Shown: one piece after another, positions 60,974 through 64,000 of the stretch | Layout: each line of letters starts with the position of its first letter | How positions within the stretch are numbered: position 1 is the first letter of the stretch | DNA from: an uncultured Alphaproteobacteria bacterium | GTDB lineage: Bacteria > Pseudomonadota > Alphaproteobacteria > Rs-D84 | DNA length: 64,000 nucleotides | NCBI GenBank assembly: GCA_944392815.1 | Contig: CALXXY010000001.1 | Location: 192,001 to 256,000, forward strand | Direction: 5' to 3' | Made by a program: the position numbers and the translations under genes | Notes under the pieces: generated by a model | Database searches by the model: none | Seen by the model: the letters and a program-made list of their open reading frames with translations, nothing else | What the model was told of the DNA's origin: nothing

Positions 60974-61408
60974 TTATTCCTCCACCTTGACGCCCATTGA
61001 ACGGCATTGACCCGCAACGATATTCATTGCAGATTCAATGGTAGAGCAATTCAAATCCGGCATTTTATTTTCAGCAATTTCACGAATTTGTGCCTGGGTA
61101 ATAGTACCGACAAAATCGCGACCCGGTTTGTGCGAACCGATTTTCAGTTTCAGTGCCTTTTTAATATAATAAGACACCGGCGGCAGTTTCATAATAAATT
61201 CAAAACTGCGGTCCGTGTACACCGTGATAATGCACGGAATCGGCATACCCGGTTCTTTGTCTGCGGTTTTATCGTTAAACTGTTTGCAGAATTCTGCGAT
61301 ATTAACACCAGCCGCACCCAACGCCGGCCCAATCGGTGGCGCAGGATTCGCCTGTTTCGCGGGAACGACCAGTTTGACCACTCCCTTGACTTCTTTTTTT
61401 GCTGCCAT
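60974..61408 (-). CDS. rplK: 50S ribosomal protein L11
   Basis: ANPAPPIGPALG, VNIAEFCKQFN, KMPDLN. Confidence 0.97.
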   Translation of the reverse strand: MAAKKEVKGVVKLVVPAKQANPAPPIGPALGAAGVNIAEFCKQFNDKTADKEPGMPIPCIITVYTDRSFEFIMKLPPVSYYIKKALKLKIGSHKPGRDFVGTITQAQIREIAENKMPDLNCSTIESAMNIVAGQCRSMGVKVEE

Positions 61409-61436
61409 TTTATCACTCCATTGTTTTGGTTAGTGT

Positions 61437-61464
61437 CGTGGTACGATGTGGCGCATCTACCACG
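61437..61464 (-). promoter_or_regulatory. Probable L1-binding operator in the rplK leader
   Basis: CGTGGTAG...ACCACG hairpin upstream of rplK. Confidence 0.5.
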
Positions 61465-61506
61465 GGCGGATTTTTATTGGCACATGCCACAAAAATCCAA
61501 AAACTT

Positions 61507-61689
61507 TTATTTGCGTCGCGGACCGTATTCGGCCACCAATTTATCAATCCATTGACACCGTTCAGCATTTAATTTGGCAATCAACTGTTTCGTTTCGGAT
61601 TTTTCACGCCAGTTTTGCAACAAATCCATTAATTCATCACGTGATATCACAACCCGAATTTTGCCAGTTAAATCCCTGTACAATGCCAA
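61507..61689 (-). CDS. Small hypothetical protein (60 aa) between nusG and rplK
   Basis: TTG start 1 bp after the nusG stop, with GAGAGGG RBS; MALYRDLTGKIRVVISRDELMDLLQNWREK.. Confidence 0.45.
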   Translation of the reverse strand: MALYRDLTGKIRVVISRDELMDLLQNWREKSETKQLIAKLNAERCQWIDKLVAEYGPRRK

Positions 61690-61690
61690 T

Positions 61691-62224
61691 TTATACCCTC
61701 TCGACCTGTTCGAAATCCAATTCGACACTGGTTTCACGACCGAACACCAAAATTGTCGCGGTCATTTTTTGTTTTACATTGTCAACTTCGGCCACAACAC
61801 CATTGAACCCAGAAAACGGCCCGTCGATAACGTGCACTTCCTGGCCAACTTCGTATGTGACATCTTCGGTGACGACGCTGCCCTCTTCGACCTGTTTCAA
61901 CAGGCGACGGGCTTCTTCCTCGCTTACTGCGATTGGTTTATTTTTCGCGCCCAGGAACATGACAACCTGGGGCATTAATTTCACCAAAGAAAACGTTTCG
62001 TTGTTCATAACCATTTGAACAACAATGTATCCCGGAAAGAATTTCTTTTCAGTTTTGACGCGTTTGCCGGCCTTGACCTCGGTAATTTCGCGGGTCGGAA
62101 CCAAAATTTCGCCGAAATACGCATTCAAACGACGTTTATCAATTTGTTCGCGCAAACCACGCGCCACTTTATCCTCGCACCCGGTATGAACGTTCACAAC
62201 GAACCATTGCATTTTATCTTCCAT
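61691..62224 (-). CDS. nusG: Transcription termination/antitermination factor NusG
   Basis: WFVVNV..G.E, FFPGYI, KOW motif IDGPFSGFNG, FGRETSVEL. Confidence 0.96.
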   Translation of the reverse strand: MEDKMQWFVVNVHTGCEDKVARGLREQIDKRRLNAYFGEILVPTREITEVKAGKRVKTEKKFFPGYIVVQMVMNNETFSLVKLMPQVVMFLGAKNKPIAVSEEEARRLLKQVEEGSVVTEDVTYEVGQEVHVIDGPFSGFNGVVAEVDNVKQKMTATILVFGRETSVELDFEQVERV

Positions 62225-62245
62225 AATATAAATCCCCCTGTCCGT

Positions 62246-62425
62246 TTAGAAAATCCAACCAACCAGCGCGTTCAAAATACTGTCAACCACGAAAAAGAAC
62301 AACGCCGCCAATCCTGAAAACACCAGAATCATAATTGTGGCACGAATAACAGTGTCGCGCGATGGCCATACTATTTTAAACCATTCGCTGCGAACAGATT
62401 TGATATAATCCAGTATTTTCTTCAT
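62246..62425 (-). CDS. secE: Preprotein translocase subunit SecE
   Basis: VRSEWFKIVWPSR, single TM helix ending FFFVVD; start 62425. Confidence 0.9.
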   Translation of the reverse strand: MKKILDYIKSVRSEWFKIVWPSRDTVIRATIMILVFSGLAALFFFVVDSILNALVGWIF

Positions 62426-62521
62426 ATAAATAATCCCAAATATCTCGCGGTTGCCCGCCTTCGCGAAACGCTTCGGTGGGCACTGAAATTTCCTAATTGG
62501 CGTTGCCAATAATGAAATTTC

Positions 62522-62540
62522 GTGGCAGGGGCAGAAGGAA
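62522..62540 (-). repeat. 19-bp duplication of the tRNA-Trp 3' end
   Basis: GTGGCAGGGGCAGAAGGAA identical to 62703-62721. Confidence 0.8.
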
Positions 62541-62703
62541 AGTTCGGCGTTGCCTCACCACTCGTACGGATTTCGCTGCGCTGGGCTTGCAAAATCCAAC
62601 TCGTATGCGAACCCACCATTTTATGTATTCGGGTTCGCTTCCTTTACCCGCACCATGACTTAAAATTCCCCAAAATATGGCAAGCATATTTTGGTGAATT
62701 TTG

Positions 62704-62777
62704 TGGCAGGGGCAGAAGGAATCGAACCCTCATCCGCGGTTTTGGAGACCGATATTCTACCGTTGAACTATGCCCCT
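62704..62777 (-). tRNA. tRNA-Trp(CCA)
   Basis: AGGGGCA..TGCCCCT-G-CCA; anticodon loop CT-CCA-AA; GGTTCGATTCC; upstream of secE as is canonical. Confidence 0.95.
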
Positions 62778-63036
62778 GTGGCCTGTAAACTACCTGTTTC
62801 CTGTGCCGCACCACCCCGCAGTCCGGGTAAAGATAGCACAAAGATACAGAAAATCAAGCGGAAATTATTATACGTTTTTAAATTTCCCACTGCAAGCAAA
62901 AAGTTAATTGGCATTCGCACCCCGCCCCACCCCAGCGACAACAAACTGCATATAACGGCGCACACGATTAACTTTTTACTTGCGTATGTGTCTGATTTTT
63001 TTCTACAATCTGGTTAATAAGAAGGAGAGGAACACT

Positions 63037-63714
63037 TTGCAAACACGCGTAGAACCGCCGATTTTGCTGTCCAGATTGATGTTATTTGTGTTCGCCGCAA
63101 TGGTTGTTGTGCTGGGCGTGCTGGTGGTGACGCTGTACAATATGTATCCATTAAATCGGCCCCAGGTGTTCTTTTTAATGACTGCGCCGAAAAACGATGT
63201 GGAAATTGTATTGGCCGAAATGGTGCCAAATGCCGATAACAATCTGGATAATTTCAAACGTTCGTTTATTCGCGAATATATTCGGGCGCGCAACGAAATC
63301 GTTCCAAACGCCCGCGAAATGCGTGCCAAATGGAACAACGATATTGATGGCGTTGTGTATGCGTGGTCTACGCCCGCGGTGTACAGCGATTTTACCAAAA
63401 CAAACATGTGGAACGCGTGGATGAGTGGCGTGCCCGATTTCGAATTTTCGTGTTCTGTGGAATTTGAAAATGGCGCAATTGAACCGCGCGATCGTGCCGG
63501 CACTGAATATTCTGTTAATTTCAGGTATTTTTGTTCAGATAGTAATAGACAGATGGATAAAAAAGATTATAAAATAAGAGTGAAATTGGATATGGCGGAC
63601 GGGACAACCATGAAATGGTCTGACCGGCTGAATAATCCATTGGGCGTGCGCGTGTCGGAATACGTAATTGAATCTGGCAATGGCGATCCGCTGGATACGG
63701 GATATTTGTTATAA
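63037..63714 (+). CDS. virB8: VirB8-like type IV secretion component
   Basis: Single N-terminal TM helix, FIREYIRARNE, C-terminal NNPLGVRVSEY (NPxG motif); TTG start with AAGGAG RBS. Confidence 0.7.
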   Translation: MQTRVEPPILLSRLMLFVFAAMVVVLGVLVVTLYNMYPLNRPQVFFLMTAPKNDVEIVLAEMVPNADNNLDNFKRSFIREYIRARNEIVPNAREMRAKWNNDIDGVVYAWSTPAVYSDFTKTNMWNAWMSGVPDFEFSCSVEFENGAIEPRDRAGTEYSVNFRYFCSDSNRQMDKKDYKIRVKLDMADGTTMKWSDRLNNPLGVRVSEYVIESGNGDPLDTGYLL

Positions 63715-63739
63715 CAGAAACGGAAGGGAAAAAACAGTC

Positions 63740-64000
63740 ATGACTTTTGCAAAGGTATTGAAATTAAATGTGTCCGTATTATGCCTGGCGTTGCTGTGTG
63801 GGAACGCAATGGCCACTGTGTACGGCGTGCAAAGTGCGTGGGATAATCCAACCGCAAACATGGCCGACGGCAGTTTGAAACCAGGATACGCACAATTAAC
63901 CTGGTCCAAGGGCAGCGTTTTACCCGTAAAACTGCGCAATGGTATGACGACGTTAATTACCCTGCCGAACGGTGAAAAAATTTCCGATGCAGTTGTCGGA
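63740..64000 (+). CDS. virB9: VirB9/TrbG-like T4SS component, N-terminal part (runs off the window end)
   Basis: Manual translation MTFAKVLKLNVSVLCLALLCGNAMA..WSKGSVLPVKLRNGMTTLITLPNGEKISDAVVG; follows virB8. Confidence 0.6.
   Translation, partial: MTFAKVLKLNVSVLCLALLCGNAMATVYGVQSAWDNPTANMADGSLKPGYAQLTWSKGSVLPVKLRNGMTTLITLPNGEKISDAVVG

Noticed and set aside
62503-62514. Third copy of the CATTATTGGCAA motif (reverse complement)
   Set aside because: It forms part of a local hairpin; a single 12-13 bp match may be coincidental.
62522-62560. Second tRNA-Trp gene or att site of an intact element
   Set aside because: Only 19 bp match, there is no cloverleaf, and there is no integrase or ORF in the 181-bp interval.

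Overview
Chromosomal window from an alphaproteobacterium. The olsBA, plsX/fabH/ihfA and VirB8/VirB9-like genes support this, and the style resembles gut-associated Rs-D84/'Enterousia'-type genomes (taxonomy is inferred). The backbone carries housekeeping genes (glyQS, a trhP-like U32 gene, ldh, proS, hemW, pepO, fabH, plsX, rpmF and the secE-nusG-rplKAJL-rpoBC cluster), three tRNAs (Thr-TGT, Arg-CCT, Trp-CCA) and several outer-membrane or secreted proteins. The main accessory feature is a visibly AT-rich island of about 14.4 kb integrated in tRNA-Thr(TGT), bounded by an exact 52-bp direct repeat (7810-7861 / 22207-22258). It encodes a tyrosine integrase with arm-type repeats, an excisionase-like HTH protein, a small HUH Rep-like protein and defence-type genes (DUF262 + HEPN, KAP NTPase). 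It also carries the strongest candidate for an undescribed system: a convergent five-gene cluster with two ProRS paralogues (one intact, one with remodelled motifs), an AsnRS-like enzyme lacking its anticodon domain, a SAM methyltransferase and an MccF-like S66 peptidase. This gene set fits production of, and/or resistance to, a prolyl-adenylate-mimic antibiotic or toxin (hypothesis). Two sequence-unrelated but architecturally matching putative attenuator RNAs (about 10.9-11.1 kb and 42.9-43.1 kb), a double-truncation scar, a nested REP cluster and a tRNA-Trp 3' duplication were also found. No CRISPR array or rRNA was seen. All family assignments come from motif recognition by eye, not database searches.
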